Virus record (IMG/VR): IMGVR_UViG_3300035666_000002
From: a virus
Reading direction: 5' to 3' (one strand)
Length of the DNA: 64,000 bases
In this document: positions 49,946-59,740 of the stretch, one piece after another
How the letters are laid out: each line of letters begins with the position of its first letter
Numbering within the stretch: the first letter of the stretch is position 1
Position numbers and translations under genes: made by a program
The notes under the pieces: generated by a model
The model's input: the letters and a program-made list of their open reading frames with translations, nothing else
Database searches by the model: none
What the model was told of the DNA's origin: nothing

Positions 49946-51157
49946 TTACTCTACAAAATATTTTTTACTATGCAATAAAGGTAAAGTAGAAAATTCGAAT
50001 CTTTTTTGTTGATTAAAATTGTAAGAAGTTGTCTTAATCAAACTAGAAAAATTTTGTATATATTTTAAAGCACCATTATTCCATATTTTAACATACTTGT
50101 CATCCAACTTATCGACCCACCAACAATCAATATTTTTTTTACCATTAAGACGTAGTTTGGGGGTTACTATATTTGGAGACCAATGTGGATATATTGTTTT
50201 GTGATATAGATCATATCTCAAATTTTTTCTCAAATGTAATTTAGATTCACAGGTAAAAGAATTTCTGAATTCTGTATTATCTAACTTATTTGAATTTTCG
50301 AAGAGTGACACATCATTTTGTTTCTCATATTTTTCCACTGTTTTTTTGAGAAGGTGAATTTGCTTTATGATTAATTCGGGGAACTTTGGAGTTTGATAAA
50401 AAAATTCTATTATATTCGTTGGATTTAACTCGATACAATTATGCATACTTGTTGTTATGTCGCATGCCATAATATCATTGAATACTGTATAATATTTTTT
50501 ATCGTTTAATTTAAGCAAAGGTTTATCGACACCCATAACCACACCCACTTTTTTGCCGGATGATATCATATCGAATATATGAGGAATATATTTAACCCAT
50601 ATTCCTCTCATCATCCAGAATGATGGAAATGTACCAGATGAAAACAATAACTCATAATAGTCTTTAGAATATAAATCATCCCATATTTTTTTAGTAATTT
50701 CTATTTCATCTACAATCGTTACCTTAGTTTCCATGTTTTCTTTTAAAAGTCTTTCTAAAATAGGTTTAACATTATAGACGTAATCGGCGTTATGGATTGT
50801 TCCTTGCACAACAGATGTAGAATTGTAAGTGTTGAAATTTATGATTTCATCTAACTTTATTTGATTTCTCAAAAAAGTTTGTAAAATATTTGTGCTATCT
50901 GGTCCTCCACTATATTGAAGGATGACATAATCATATTCATCTCTTATTTGCTGTGCTCTTCTTCTATAAAACTCCTCTATAGAAACTTCAGGTTCCGGCT
51001 CTCGCGTCCAATCATATCTATCAAAAACATGTTCATTAAATTTATACTCAACTCTAGCATTTTTAAGCAAAGCTTCGTTGTATGCTAAATTTTTAGAAAA
51101 GAATATTTTTCCACCAACTGAGTAATATCCAAAATCGTTATTCAGAGATAATGTCAT
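49946..51157 (-). CDS. PP-loop (adenine nucleotide alpha-hydrolase-like) protein 1
   Basis: VILQYSGGPDS; GVDKP; paralogous to 54041-55123. Confidence 0.7.
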   Translation of the reverse strand: MTLSLNNDFGYYSVGGKIFFSKNLAYNEALLKNARVEYKFNEHVFDRYDWTREPEPEVSIEEFYRRRAQQIRDEYDYVILQYSGGPDSTNILQTFLRNQIKLDEIINFNTYNSTSVVQGTIHNADYVYNVKPILERLLKENMETKVTIVDEIEITKKIWDDLYSKDYYELLFSSGTFPSFWMMRGIWVKYIPHIFDMISSGKKVGVVMGVDKPLLKLNDKKYYTVFNDIMACDITTSMHNCIELNPTNIIEFFYQTPKFPELIIKQIHLLKKTVEKYEKQNDVSLFENSNKLDNTEFRNSFTCESKLHLRKNLRYDLYHKTIYPHWSPNIVTPKLRLNGKKNIDCWWVDKLDDKYVKIWNNGALKYIQNFSSLIKTTSYNFNQQKRFEFSTLPLLHSKKYFVE

Positions 51158-52016
51158 TTATAAGTTTTTCAGGAGATGTTATTGAATGTGTCCCAAAGTG
51201 AATATCCATAGTTTTCCTAACATTTATAGATGTTTCACTTTCGAAATATTTTTTCAGATACACTCTAAGTTTATCAACTTGTTCTTTATTAGCATTCTTA
51301 TTTGCAAACAAGAAGATGTTATTGTACAACTTAAATTCATTTTCAACCGACAAATTTAAATCTTTCAGAGTGGGAACATCTGGCAAGTAACTCGATTTGG
51401 AAGGACCAAATATTGCTAAGGGGATTAATGTATTATTTTTTACGTATTGGTGTATATTATTTGGTATACTAACTCCCAATACTATGTGCCTTCCTATGAC
51501 ATCGTTTGTCACAGCAGTTCCGCTCTTATATGGTATTCCTATAAAATTTTTAGAATTTGAATATGTATCAGTGATGATATGAATCAATTTTCCATTACTA
51601 CTACTTCCCGCGAATCCATAGCTGATTACATCAGTCTGAGATTTTTCCAATACTTCTTTAAGGCTACGATAATTACTTTTAGAGTTTACGAAAATAATTC
51701 CAGGTATAGTTCCCATATAAGCAACTGGAGTCAAATCGCGCAAAGGATTGGTTGACCAATTTTGAACTGGTCCCATCATTAAAGTAATCTTTTCTGTTTT
51801 ATTCTCAGAAAGAGCAGAAGCACCAATAGAACCTTGGGCTCCTGGCTTAAACTCTATTATCACATTTCCAAAAAATTCATTAAAAAATGACTGCATCTCC
51901 AGAGCATATTTGTGAACAAGTCCACCGGGACCCACTGGCAGAATTAAAACGGTCGGCTGCTTAGCCGAACATATTGAAGAGAAAAATATTAACAAAGATA
52001 ATAACAAACGTTTCAT
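51138..52016 (-). CDS. Bug/TctC-family (tripartite tricarboxylate transporter) solute-binding protein
   Basis: Signal peptide; LPVGPGG; EFKPGAQGSIG; DLTPVA; PYKSG; LPDVPTLKD. Confidence 0.8.
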   Translation of the reverse strand: MKRLLLSLLIFFSSICSAKQPTVLILPVGPGGLVHKYALEMQSFFNEFFGNVIIEFKPGAQGSIGASALSENKTEKITLMMGPVQNWSTNPLRDLTPVAYMGTIPGIIFVNSKSNYRSLKEVLEKSQTDVISYGFAGSSSNGKLIHIITDTYSNSKNFIGIPYKSGTAVTNDVIGRHIVLGVSIPNNIHQYVKNNTLIPLAIFGPSKSSYLPDVPTLKDLNLSVENEFKLYNNIFLFANKNANKEQVDKLRVYLKKYFESETSINVRKTMDIHFGTHSITSPEKLINDIISE

Positions 52017-52366
52017 TTTAATTCCACATAAAAATCATAATTTAAGCCTAATTTATTTCTTTTTAACTTCATAAACTGTTGTCTGATGTAAATTAGAGAA
52101 TTTATTGCAGGATTTTTAATGATATCATATGCGCTTGCTGCTGCTTCTTGTGTATCAAATTCTAATGTAAATGTGTATGAATAATCGTCTATAAAATCAG
52201 TAGATGACGTAACATATCCAGGAAGATATGAATACGCATTTCTAGTATTAACAATAACATCAATTTCTTCTTTACTAAAAATACCTTTGTCTATCGTTTC
52301 TTTATTAGGTATAACCCAGTCTTTTGATGTATCATCTCTTGTCCAAGTCATAAGAACTTTTGCCAT
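52013..52366 (-). CDS. Hypothetical protein
   Basis: Tightly coupled ORF within the cluster. Confidence 0.65.
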   Translation of the reverse strand: MAKVLMTWTRDDTSKDWVIPNKETIDKGIFSKEEIDVIVNTRNAYSYLPGYVTSSTDFIDDYSYTFTLEFDTQEAAASAYDIIKNPAINSLIYIRQQFMKLKRNKLGLNYDFYVELK

Positions 52367-53203
52367 TTAAATCTCCTTATACTTTTCGAAAAAATCGAAG
52401 AATTGTTTTCTTGACAATGCCACTTTTATTTTTTTGTTCGGATATTTTATTATTTTTAATAATTCTTGTATTCTGTTTTCCGTTTCATCTGAATATCTAT
52501 ATCGCATCTTATTTCTCAATTTTAAATTAAATTTTTTATGCTTAAATATAGCCCAAATCATTCCGGTACTTTGACTATCCGGAATAACAGAATAAACCAT
52601 TTCTATATTATACGTGAAAAAATTTATATTGATTGGCTTTTCCAAGAAATAATCAACATAAAAATCCCAATCATAGCCAAGAAATATTTCTGCATCTTGT
52701 ATAAAGTCGATTCCGTCGCCAGTTAAAAAATGATTTCCGCTTATTAATACGGAGTTATCAATTTTAGACACATAATCCGCAGCGACCATATTGTATACAC
52801 TATTATATCCTACACTATCAAATTTATTAATTATGTGCTCTTCAAAGAAATCTAAGAAATATTTTTCACTTATCTCCAATATTGTTGGATCCAATCGCAA
52901 TTCCTTACATGTTTCGTATGCATATTCTAGTTCATGTGTGGGTCCACATTTAACTATTATTGGAACAAAATTGATAGAATTTTTATGTAAACTTCTTACA
53001 ACATACTCTGAATCATAACCACCACTGAATGCGACAAAAATTTTCTTATTCAGGTCACCTAGTTGTTGGCATGTAAAATTCGTTGCCTCATCAAACGACA
53101 TTGACTTAAACCGATAAGGGTTAATTATAAACTTTAGATCGGCCGACTTATCAACAAATCTTTGCCGAAGATTAGTATCAAACCAATTTTGATTTGTCAA
53201 CAT
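52367..53203 (-). CDS. PP-loop protein 2 (divergent)
   Basis: IFVAFSGGYDSEY; likely start ATG 53203. Confidence 0.65.
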   Translation of the reverse strand: MLTNQNWFDTNLRQRFVDKSADLKFIINPYRFKSMSFDEATNFTCQQLGDLNKKIFVAFSGGYDSEYVVRSLHKNSINFVPIIVKCGPTHELEYAYETCKELRLDPTILEISEKYFLDFFEEHIINKFDSVGYNSVYNMVAADYVSKIDNSVLISGNHFLTGDGIDFIQDAEIFLGYDWDFYVDYFLEKPININFFTYNIEMVYSVIPDSQSTGMIWAIFKHKKFNLKLRNKMRYRYSDETENRIQELLKIIKYPNKKIKVALSRKQFFDFFEKYKEI

Positions 53204-54044
53204 TGTTTCTATACCACTCACCAAAGTGTACACAGTGAGATTCATATCTATTAGACGTATTCATCAATGGAAAATATGGAACACGTTGTTTTGAAGTAGC
53301 TTCAACGTCTTGTCTAAACACATCTTCCATAGTTTCGAAAATTAACTTATCATTTGCACTCACGTTATCATCATAAAAAAATTGTGTGATCCATGTATAT
53401 CCGAATTCAGTATTATGATTTTTAGGAAACACTCTATTGACAGCCAATTTTCCTTTTGCTCCATATTCTACAAAAACATATGGAAAAATATATAGCCACC
53501 AACCATCTGGATGTTCTTGATATATCCATCCGTCACCTTGGTCCAATTTGATGTCTTCCAATTTCACTTGTTGATAAAGAAAAGGATGAATTCCATCCCT
53601 CCACAAATGAAGTAGGTCTGCTTCTATATCCATCAACCAAAGCCAACTACCATGACTTTCACCGGAGCGAAAATGACTATATTTAAGTGATGTTTCGCTC
53701 TGCAAATCCCTAACCCATTTATGATCAGGTTCTACAAAATCTTTTAAAATTAAATTTGAAGCACCAACTTCTGCTTTTCCGCAGATAAGATTTTTATCGT
53801 TGTCCAATGGATTTCCAAATTTGTCCCAATTAAAATTATGAAGTTTGCAGTGTATGCTTTGTACAATTTCCCCCGGTTCGTGCAATGGGTACATTCTATG
53901 TGGGCAGTTTTTTCTAAACAATCGAACTTCATAAAAATATTTGTTTAGGATATAGTCTGGCAATACATAGTTGCCGTTATCTAATACGGAGATGTGCGAC
54001 AACACTATTGGAACTTTGTTTTTAAACATGATAAAATCGTTCAA
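53178..54044 (-). CDS. Compact Rieske non-heme iron oxygenase (ring-hydroxylating alpha-subunit-like)
   Basis: Rieske ligands CPH...CKLH; mononuclear iron motif EADLLHLWRDGIH and distal FRQD. Confidence 0.75.
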   Translation of the reverse strand: MNDFIMFKNKVPIVLSHISVLDNGNYVLPDYILNKYFYEVRLFRKNCPHRMYPLHEPGEIVQSIHCKLHNFNWDKFGNPLDNDKNLICGKAEVGASNLILKDFVEPDHKWVRDLQSETSLKYSHFRSGESHGSWLWLMDIEADLLHLWRDGIHPFLYQQVKLEDIKLDQGDGWIYQEHPDGWWLYIFPYVFVEYGAKGKLAVNRVFPKNHNTEFGYTWITQFFYDDNVSANDKLIFETMEDVFRQDVEATSKQRVPYFPLMNTSNRYESHCVHFGEWYRNNVDKSKLV

Positions 54045-55123
54045 AGATAGTATCGTTTTGAATAAATTATAGGAAGATTTTTACCTGTTGGAATTTTTCC
54101 TTGCAATCTTCTTTTCATATTTTTCATACCACCCAAGTATATTTTAAACATTTCTGTATCTTTTTTATTCAAAATATATCTATCTCTACTACTCAAATAA
54201 AAACTACTGCTTTTTGGTGACTTTACAGATAAAGCATTTTTTATATCATAAACTAAAGAAACGTTACGACCATCTTCAGTTAAAACAGTATTAGAAATCA
54301 AATCATTAATATGATGCACACATACATCAATTGGCTTTTTAGATAAGTTATGGTAAACCAAACAATTATTTTTAATAATATGTAATTGCTTCAATAAAAT
54401 ATCAGGAAAATTTACATCCCAGAAGAAAAACAATCGATCACTATATAATGAACTAAATCTATTTCCATAAGAATTTATCGTATAATCCTTAAAAGAAAAA
54501 TAAAATTTATTATTTGGTAAATCGAAAAATAGATATGGTTTATCCATCCCGAAAATTATTCCTGTTTTCTTATCTCTCCATGAATTTGGCACTATAATTT
54601 CTTCCAAATTGTGCCAGAAAAAATGATGTAGACTGAAGTATGAACCAACCTTATCTATCCAATTGTGACCATATTCATTTAGCATGAAATTTGAAGGATT
54701 ATCGAAAAGTTTTGTGTAATCGAAAACTTCATATATTTCCGAAAGATTGTATTTCTTTATAAGAGGAAAAGCATTCTTGTAAGCCTCTATATTCATATTT
54801 TCATCAGAATCCGAATTTGCATCTTGACTAAATGCTCCTACGGTGACGATTTTATCCAGCTTTATATTATTAAAAATGAAGGTTTCTAATACTTGAGTTG
54901 AATCGTATCCTCCACTATAACAAAGTATCAATTTGTCATACTTTTCCCGAATGCGTAAAGCATTGAGTTTATATAACTCTTTAATGTTTAAAGCAGGTTC
55001 GACATTCCAATTTAATTTATCATATTCTTGGTCATGATAGTAAAAAAATACATTTCCATCATTCTCTAAAGCTTCAATTTTAGAATGAAATATTTTTTGT
55101 TTAGAATAATAAAAAGTGTGCAT
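54041..55123 (-). CDS. PP-loop protein 3
   Basis: LILCYSGGYDS; GMDKP; paralogous to 49946-51157. Confidence 0.7.
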   Translation of the reverse strand: MHTFYYSKQKIFHSKIEALENDGNVFFYYHDQEYDKLNWNVEPALNIKELYKLNALRIREKYDKLILCYSGGYDSTQVLETFIFNNIKLDKIVTVGAFSQDANSDSDENMNIEAYKNAFPLIKKYNLSEIYEVFDYTKLFDNPSNFMLNEYGHNWIDKVGSYFSLHHFFWHNLEEIIVPNSWRDKKTGIIFGMDKPYLFFDLPNNKFYFSFKDYTINSYGNRFSSLYSDRLFFFWDVNFPDILLKQLHIIKNNCLVYHNLSKKPIDVCVHHINDLISNTVLTEDGRNVSLVYDIKNALSVKSPKSSSFYLSSRDRYILNKKDTEMFKIYLGGMKNMKRRLQGKIPTGKNLPIIYSKRYYL

Positions 55124-55126
55124 TTT

Positions 55127-55858
55127 TCACCTAGGTGTTTTCCATACTACAGGATGAAACGGAGCTTTCTCATTCTCCGGTCTATCTTTCGTATAATAAT
55201 ACAGTGCGAGAGACAATCTGTCAACCTCTTTTGGTGTGTTTAGAGGATGGGGATGACCATGAAATGCATCATCAGTAATTCTAAAAATTACTGCTCGATT
55301 AAATAGTGGAGGAACCTGAACACAACATTTGCTCATGTCTTTTTCCCAAAGTTCTAGATTACCGCCCCAATCTTCTTTCCAATATTCATTGAGATAAATC
55401 AACATGTTCAATCTACGATGAAGATTGTTTTTAAATTGTATATTAAAATCGGCGTGTATTCCTAATTTGCCACCAGTCGTTACTTTATGAACACCTCCAC
55501 CCAAAAAAGTTTCATCACCACTCAGTTCAGGTATGCCTGTAAGATTCTCAAGAAATTTTAGAGTAGTCGAATCATTCAGATAGTCCAACGTGAACTTGGT
55601 AATTGGGCAATCTCTTTGGAGATATTTCAGAGTCTCCAGATCAAAAACATCGGGTGTATAGAACTTATTAACTTGATAGTCTTTTACCGTCTCTGTTGTA
55701 TCTTGCGACCAATGTTGGTAAGATTTAAGTTCGGTTGCAATTTTTCTTGCAACCTCACCATGCAAAAAATTATCTATTACGATATATGGAAAAGGATAAG
55801 CAGAAGAGTAAGCAGACTTAAAAAAGTTAGCTGAGTTTAAGACTGTTTGATTGATCAT
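55127..55858 (-). CDS. 2OG-Fe(II) oxygenase superfamily protein
   Basis: IHADF, WGGNLELW, FHGHP, RLSLALYYY; paralogous to 1171-1881. Confidence 0.85.
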   Translation of the reverse strand: MINQTVLNSANFFKSAYSSAYPFPYIVIDNFLHGEVARKIATELKSYQHWSQDTTETVKDYQVNKFYTPDVFDLETLKYLQRDCPITKFTLDYLNDSTTLKFLENLTGIPELSGDETFLGGGVHKVTTGGKLGIHADFNIQFKNNLHRRLNMLIYLNEYWKEDWGGNLELWEKDMSKCCVQVPPLFNRAVIFRITDDAFHGHPHPLNTPKEVDRLSLALYYYTKDRPENEKAPFHPVVWKTPR

Positions 55859-56519
55859 AATATAGTTCCAATCTTTGCATTAAAATATCTTTATATGATG
55901 AAGTAGATTCAACAAATACTTGACCAGGTCCTTCTTCAACACCAATCAAGACTACAATATTATCTATAGGTTGTTTAGTTATCTCTTCAAACATCAAAGA
56001 ATATGCTGTACACTGAACAAAATAATTTTCTATATACTCTTTTTTCTTTATCTTTCTTGAATTTTTAAAATCCAGAATAGTTGTTTTTCCATCCCATTCA
56101 CAAATACAATCGGTTCTTCCAGCCATTTTGTATTGATTGGAATAGAGTGGCTGTTCTAATGCGTGTACTTTATTTACAGAAGAATCAATAAAAGGTTTCA
56201 TTTTGTAAAACAACTCTTTCACATGAGGCATCATCATCTTCAATTTAAGAGGCGACATCTCATTTAAAAGATATTTTTCACATATGCTATGCAGTTCTGT
56301 TCCTCTACGAGAAGACCTTCCTACAATTTTGTTTGCTTCTTCTTCACCAACTCTTTCTCTCCAAGCAATCAAGCCTTCTTTTGAAGATGTTGCGGAAAGA
56401 ATTGTGGTTATGGAAGGGTACCGATTACCATCTGGTGTAATGTATACCCTCCCATTCTCGGTAGTTTCATCTTGAAGATCAAAATTTAACTGAGGAATTT
56501 TTTCAAAAATAAAACTCAT
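55827..56519 (-). CDS. PD-(D/E)XK exonuclease (Cas4-like phage exonuclease)
   Basis: YPSITTIL; RGTELH; AGRTDCI...ILDFKNS; Y.VQ..AY. Confidence 0.8.
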   Translation of the reverse strand: MSFIFEKIPQLNFDLQDETTENGRVYITPDGNRYPSITTILSATSSKEGLIAWRERVGEEEANKIVGRSSRRGTELHSICEKYLLNEMSPLKLKMMMPHVKELFYKMKPFIDSSVNKVHALEQPLYSNQYKMAGRTDCICEWDGKTTILDFKNSRKIKKKEYIENYFVQCTAYSLMFEEITKQPIDNIVVLIGVEEGPGQVFVESTSSYKDILMQRLELYYDQSNSLKLS

Positions 56520-57256
56520 TCAACCATATCTTCATATCTAAGCTTAGCCAAAATATAGTCTTTGACTAGTGATGACCTAACGATATCATCTGGAGTAAAT
56601 TCAATTTTCGTAAAGGCTTCCATGTGTGTAGCGATATCGAAGAATTTAAGAATACCACTCATATCATTTTTCTTCTTATTTAAGTCGGTCTGCCTATAAT
56701 CACCACACCAAAGAATCTTGGATCGATATCCAACACGTGTCATTACCGTATCAATCTCTTCGAAAGTTAGATTTTGCATCTCATCAACAATAATGATCGC
56801 ATCATCAAAACTCATACCTCGAATGAATGAAGTGGAGATAAATTCAACATAGCCTTGCTCAGACAATCTCTGATACGCATCTTTTCTTCCGAAAAGTGTC
56901 TCACAAATCTGTTGATATGGTTGCTGATAAATTTCCATCTTCTCAGTTACATCACCAGGCAAATGACCAATTTCACGGGACTGAACGGCAGATCGAACTA
57001 AAATTATTTTCTTGAATGGATTGCCTTTGTCCAAAACTTCTTCGAGTGCTTTGTACATCGCACAGAAAGTTTTTCCTGTACCTGCGACTCCATGGAGAGC
57101 TACGAAGTAGTCTCCCCTTTTATATGCATCAAAAAATTTCTTTTGGTTTTCTGTGAGAGGTTCGAATATCTTTAGCTCATCTAATTTTAATTTTAGAGTG
57201 TTTGTTTTTAATTCTTCTTCTACTATTTTTATTCTAGTGTTTGCTTTTCTAGACAT
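56516..57256 (-). CDS. phoH: PhoH-family ATPase
   Basis: GVAGTGKT; IGHLPG; FIRGMSF; DEMQN; GDYRQTD; DIVRS. Confidence 0.92.
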   Translation of the reverse strand: MSRKANTRIKIVEEELKTNTLKLKLDELKIFEPLTENQKKFFDAYKRGDYFVALHGVAGTGKTFCAMYKALEEVLDKGNPFKKIILVRSAVQSREIGHLPGDVTEKMEIYQQPYQQICETLFGRKDAYQRLSEQGYVEFISTSFIRGMSFDDAIIIVDEMQNLTFEEIDTVMTRVGYRSKILWCGDYRQTDLNKKKNDMSGILKFFDIATHMEAFTKIEFTPDDIVRSSLVKDYILAKLRYEDMVE

Positions 57257-57270
57257 TCGATCTCCTTATA

Positions 57271-57582
57271 TTATGTTTTAACTCCCGTCACTCGTTCAAC
57301 ATGCTTTTTTACAACCTGGTCCGTCTTCGCTTCTTTGATTGTTTTTTTACCATAACGTTCAGCTACGGTGCTGCTAGGATGTGCTTCAGCAACTTTAGAA
57401 AGAACTTCTTTGAAACCGTCAGGTACTCGGTTAGATGTTGATACACCCGACACAAGTGCCGGGGCATGAATGATAGGTTGAATGTGAGGATTTTCAACCA
57501 TGAATTGGTCGCGTTCGGAAATTTTCATCATAATTTCGAACTCTTCACCAGTCTCAGTATTAAAAAATGAATAAATTGGCAT
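57271..57582 (-). CDS. FmdB-like small hypothetical protein
   Basis: MPIYSF.N.ETGEEFE N-terminus (lacks the CxxC pairs); start ATG 57582. Confidence 0.55.
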   Translation of the reverse strand: MPIYSFFNTETGEEFEIMMKISERDQFMVENPHIQPIIHAPALVSGVSTSNRVPDGFKEVLSKVAEAHPSSTVAERYGKKTIKEAKTDQVVKKHVERVTGVKT

Positions 57583-57586
57583 ATCT

Positions 57587-58129
57587 TTATATAGCCTGAT
57601 ACCAAGAAGGAATTTCTCGCTTAGTCCATTTCGCAAAGTGATTCTTACGTTCGCGATAATAACGATGATAAGATTCTAGAGAATTTCCAACAACTTTACA
57701 TTCATCAGGCATTGCAGGAGTTGGGCAAGTAAAAGGAAGATCAGGAGTATTATTTGGCCAAATATACAGTGCATCACTCATGCGTTTTTCTACAGCATGA
57801 ATTTTACCATAGCGATAAGTATACTCTTTGCAAAGATGATACCACATTCTGTTAAGCCACAAGTAATTTTGTTTACTTGCACGAACCCATACGGCTGAAG
57901 GATGATTGATATGTGAAGCCTTCATCATAATGGTTTCAAAAGGTTCTTCCAAACGCCATCGTTTGATGTTGCGACCGTTTGCAGTTTTGTCCAAATACGG
58001 AACACCATCGAGCAAACGGTGTGCAGTAGACATCAATTGTGCATACTCGATAATCATTTTTACAACATGTTTATCGAGGTGCATTTCCGCGCACACGCGC
58101 GGATCATTGTCTAGATAGAAAATGTTCAT
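57587..58129 (-). CDS. denV: Pyrimidine dimer DNA glycosylase/endonuclease V-like
   Basis: MNIFYLD...DKHVVKMIIEYAQLMSTAH; HINHPS..W; Y.YRYGK.H. Confidence 0.75.
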   Translation of the reverse strand: MNIFYLDNDPRVCAEMHLDKHVVKMIIEYAQLMSTAHRLLDGVPYLDKTANGRNIKRWRLEEPFETIMMKASHINHPSAVWVRASKQNYLWLNRMWYHLCKEYTYRYGKIHAVEKRMSDALYIWPNNTPDLPFTCPTPAMPDECKVVGNSLESYHRYYRERKNHFAKWTKREIPSWYQAI

Positions 58130-58545
58130 GCTTTCACTTCGTCAACGATTTCGGTTACTTCTAGAGTATCTTCAGTTTTAGCGACCGTTTCGGTTACGAT
58201 AGGTTGAACTTCAACTTGAGGTTCTGCTTTCAAATCTTCAAGTTTTTGTACAGGCTGAGTATCAGCATCACCAGCAAAGTAAATGCCTTTATCTTTAAGA
58301 TATTTCACGATATCTGCCGGATTAACAAGCTGATATGCCAAAACTTTACGCCCGTCTTTGATAACACGAACGATTCCATTGGCATTCATCTTAATGTGCC
58401 ACATATAGGTTGAGATACGATAGATTTGAATCTCATCACCGAGAGTAGCACCAATTTCTTCTTTAGTCATTGGCTCACCAGTGACCATAAGATTGAGAAT
58501 CTTTTCGAAAGGTGCCATTTTGACAGGCTTCACATTTTTAGACAT
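58126..58545 (-). CDS. Hypothetical protein, likely early
   Basis: GGAG SD before ATG 58545; downstream of a sigma70 promoter. Confidence 0.7.
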   Translation of the reverse strand: MSKNVKPVKMAPFEKILNLMVTGEPMTKEEIGATLGDEIQIYRISTYMWHIKMNANGIVRVIKDGRKVLAYQLVNPADIVKYLKDKGIYFAGDADTQPVQKLEDLKAEPQVEVQPIVTETVAKTEDTLEVTEIVDEVKA

Positions 58546-58575
58546 AATAAACTCCAATCAATTTAAGGAAGAATA

Positions 58576-58604
58576 ATGATAACACACAAGGAAGAAATTG
58601 TCAA
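58576..58604 (-). promoter_or_regulatory. Sigma70-type early promoter TTGACA-N17-TATCAT
   Basis: Near-consensus boxes with 17-nt spacer in an intergenic region. Confidence 0.8.
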
Positions 58605-58636
58605 GGTAGATATCCGAGTGTTGCATAAAAACAACA

Positions 58637-58765
58637 TCAGAATTTCGTAAACAAAACAATGACAAGGCAGAAAGCCAAAACGCAGAAAGTTATTGTCCTA
58701 CCTAGGAGTGCGCCTAGGAACGCCCCCACCACGAAGGAAGTGATAAGTAGATTGTCTACTATCAT
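58637..58765 (-). CDS. 42-aa hydrophobic membrane peptide (below the ORF-track cutoff)
   Basis: MIVDNLLITSFVVGAFLGALLGRTITFCVLAFCLVIVLFTKF; ATGA-coupled to the upstream gene. Confidence 0.55.
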   Translation of the reverse strand: MIVDNLLITSFVVGAFLGALLGRTITFCVLAFCLVIVLFTKF

Positions 58766-59112
58766 CGGCGCATGGAAGCTTGGTCCCGAGCTTCCTCCTC
58801 AGTGAAGATAGGAACGGCGTTACTCTTATGTAACGTTCCGATACCTTTCATTAAACTACCAGTATAGACTTTGCCATGAATAGGCTTAGTTGTAGAACCA
58901 CCACCAGAATCTACACTCGGATATCGTGGTGTTTCACGACCAGGAGGAACTTTAGGACCAAAAGAAAAAGACCTTTCCACACGCTTAACTGGTGTCTTCG
59001 AAAAGGAAGTCCGTTGAGTGTTCACACTATCGAGCCAAGCTTGATATTCGATTGCTGATTGTTTCGTAGGCTTCTTGACCTTTCGGGATCGGTCATTCAC
59101 GTAGATCATCAT
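58762..59112 (-). CDS. Conserved phage hypothetical protein
   Basis: YTG...GIGTLHKSNAVPIF motif. Confidence 0.7.
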   Translation of the reverse strand: MMIYVNDRSRKVKKPTKQSAIEYQAWLDSVNTQRTSFSKTPVKRVERSFSFGPKVPPGRETPRYPSVDSGGGSTTKPIHGKVYTGSLMKGIGTLHKSNAVPIFTEEEARDQASMRR

Positions 59113-59216
59113 TTGAGTGCCCAGGTTTTCCAGTCTTTACGATAAATTTTATTCAAGGGAATTTTATTCTTATAACAATGATACCATGCATCCAGATAAA
59201 AAGCAAATTCTGTCAT
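59109..59216 (-). CDS. 35-aa hypothetical protein
   Basis: MTEFAFYLDAWYHCYKNKIP...; ATGA-coupled on both sides. Confidence 0.5.
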   Translation of the reverse strand: MTEFAFYLDAWYHCYKNKIPLNKIYRKDWKTWALK

Positions 59217-59350
59217 TTTGCATCCTTGGTAATGTTGTATCCAAACAACATAAGCTTTTCAACATAGAGACAAGATTCTTGCTCAGTTCGAAGGGGTTCA
59301 TCAGAATTCAAACGAATAATTTCAGATACCATCATTTCAAAACAATCCAT
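59213..59350 (-). CDS. 45-aa hypothetical protein
   Basis: MDCFEMMVSEIIRLNSDEP...; GGAG SD and ATGA coupling. Confidence 0.5.
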   Translation of the reverse strand: MDCFEMMVSEIIRLNSDEPLRTEQESCLYVEKLMLFGYNITKDAK

Positions 59351-59353
59351 ATT

Positions 59354-59734
59354 TTACTCCAAGCTATTAGAAACTGCGGTTATGTGTTTACATTTGGAAT
59401 GATACTTGAAACCGACACAAGTGCAAGAATAGTTTTTCCCACTCTTGGTTACGATATAAGTACCGCCCTTTCCTTTGACGTTGAACCGTCTTACATTAAT
59501 TGATGCACCACTGATGATTTTTAAATCATGTACGCGACCAATGTTTATGATTTTTACAGGATGTTCTTTATCCTGTGTTTGAAGTGAGAAACTATCAGCA
59601 TCAACCCACTTAGCATTTTTTACGACAACACCTGTGTATCGATTCTCATCGAAAGGTGAAGTTGCAAAAAGATTAATGGATCGATATCGAACAGTCACAT
59701 TGACGGTAGAGCCAACTGAAGGAATTTTCATCAT
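59354..59734 (-). CDS. SWIM zinc-finger protein
   Basis: C-terminal CTCVGFKYHSKCKH; likely start ATG 59734. Confidence 0.75.
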   Translation of the reverse strand: MMKIPSVGSTVNVTVRYRSINLFATSPFDENRYTGVVVKNAKWVDADSFSLQTQDKEHPVKIINIGRVHDLKIISGASINVRRFNVKGKGGTYIVTKSGKNYSCTCVGFKYHSKCKHITAVSNSLE

Positions 59735-59740
59735 GTAGAG

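Noticed and set aside
55827-56519. Cas4 as part of a CRISPR system
   Set aside because: Stand-alone PD-(D/E)XK exonuclease common in T4-like phages; lacks the four-Cys Fe-S pattern and any cas context
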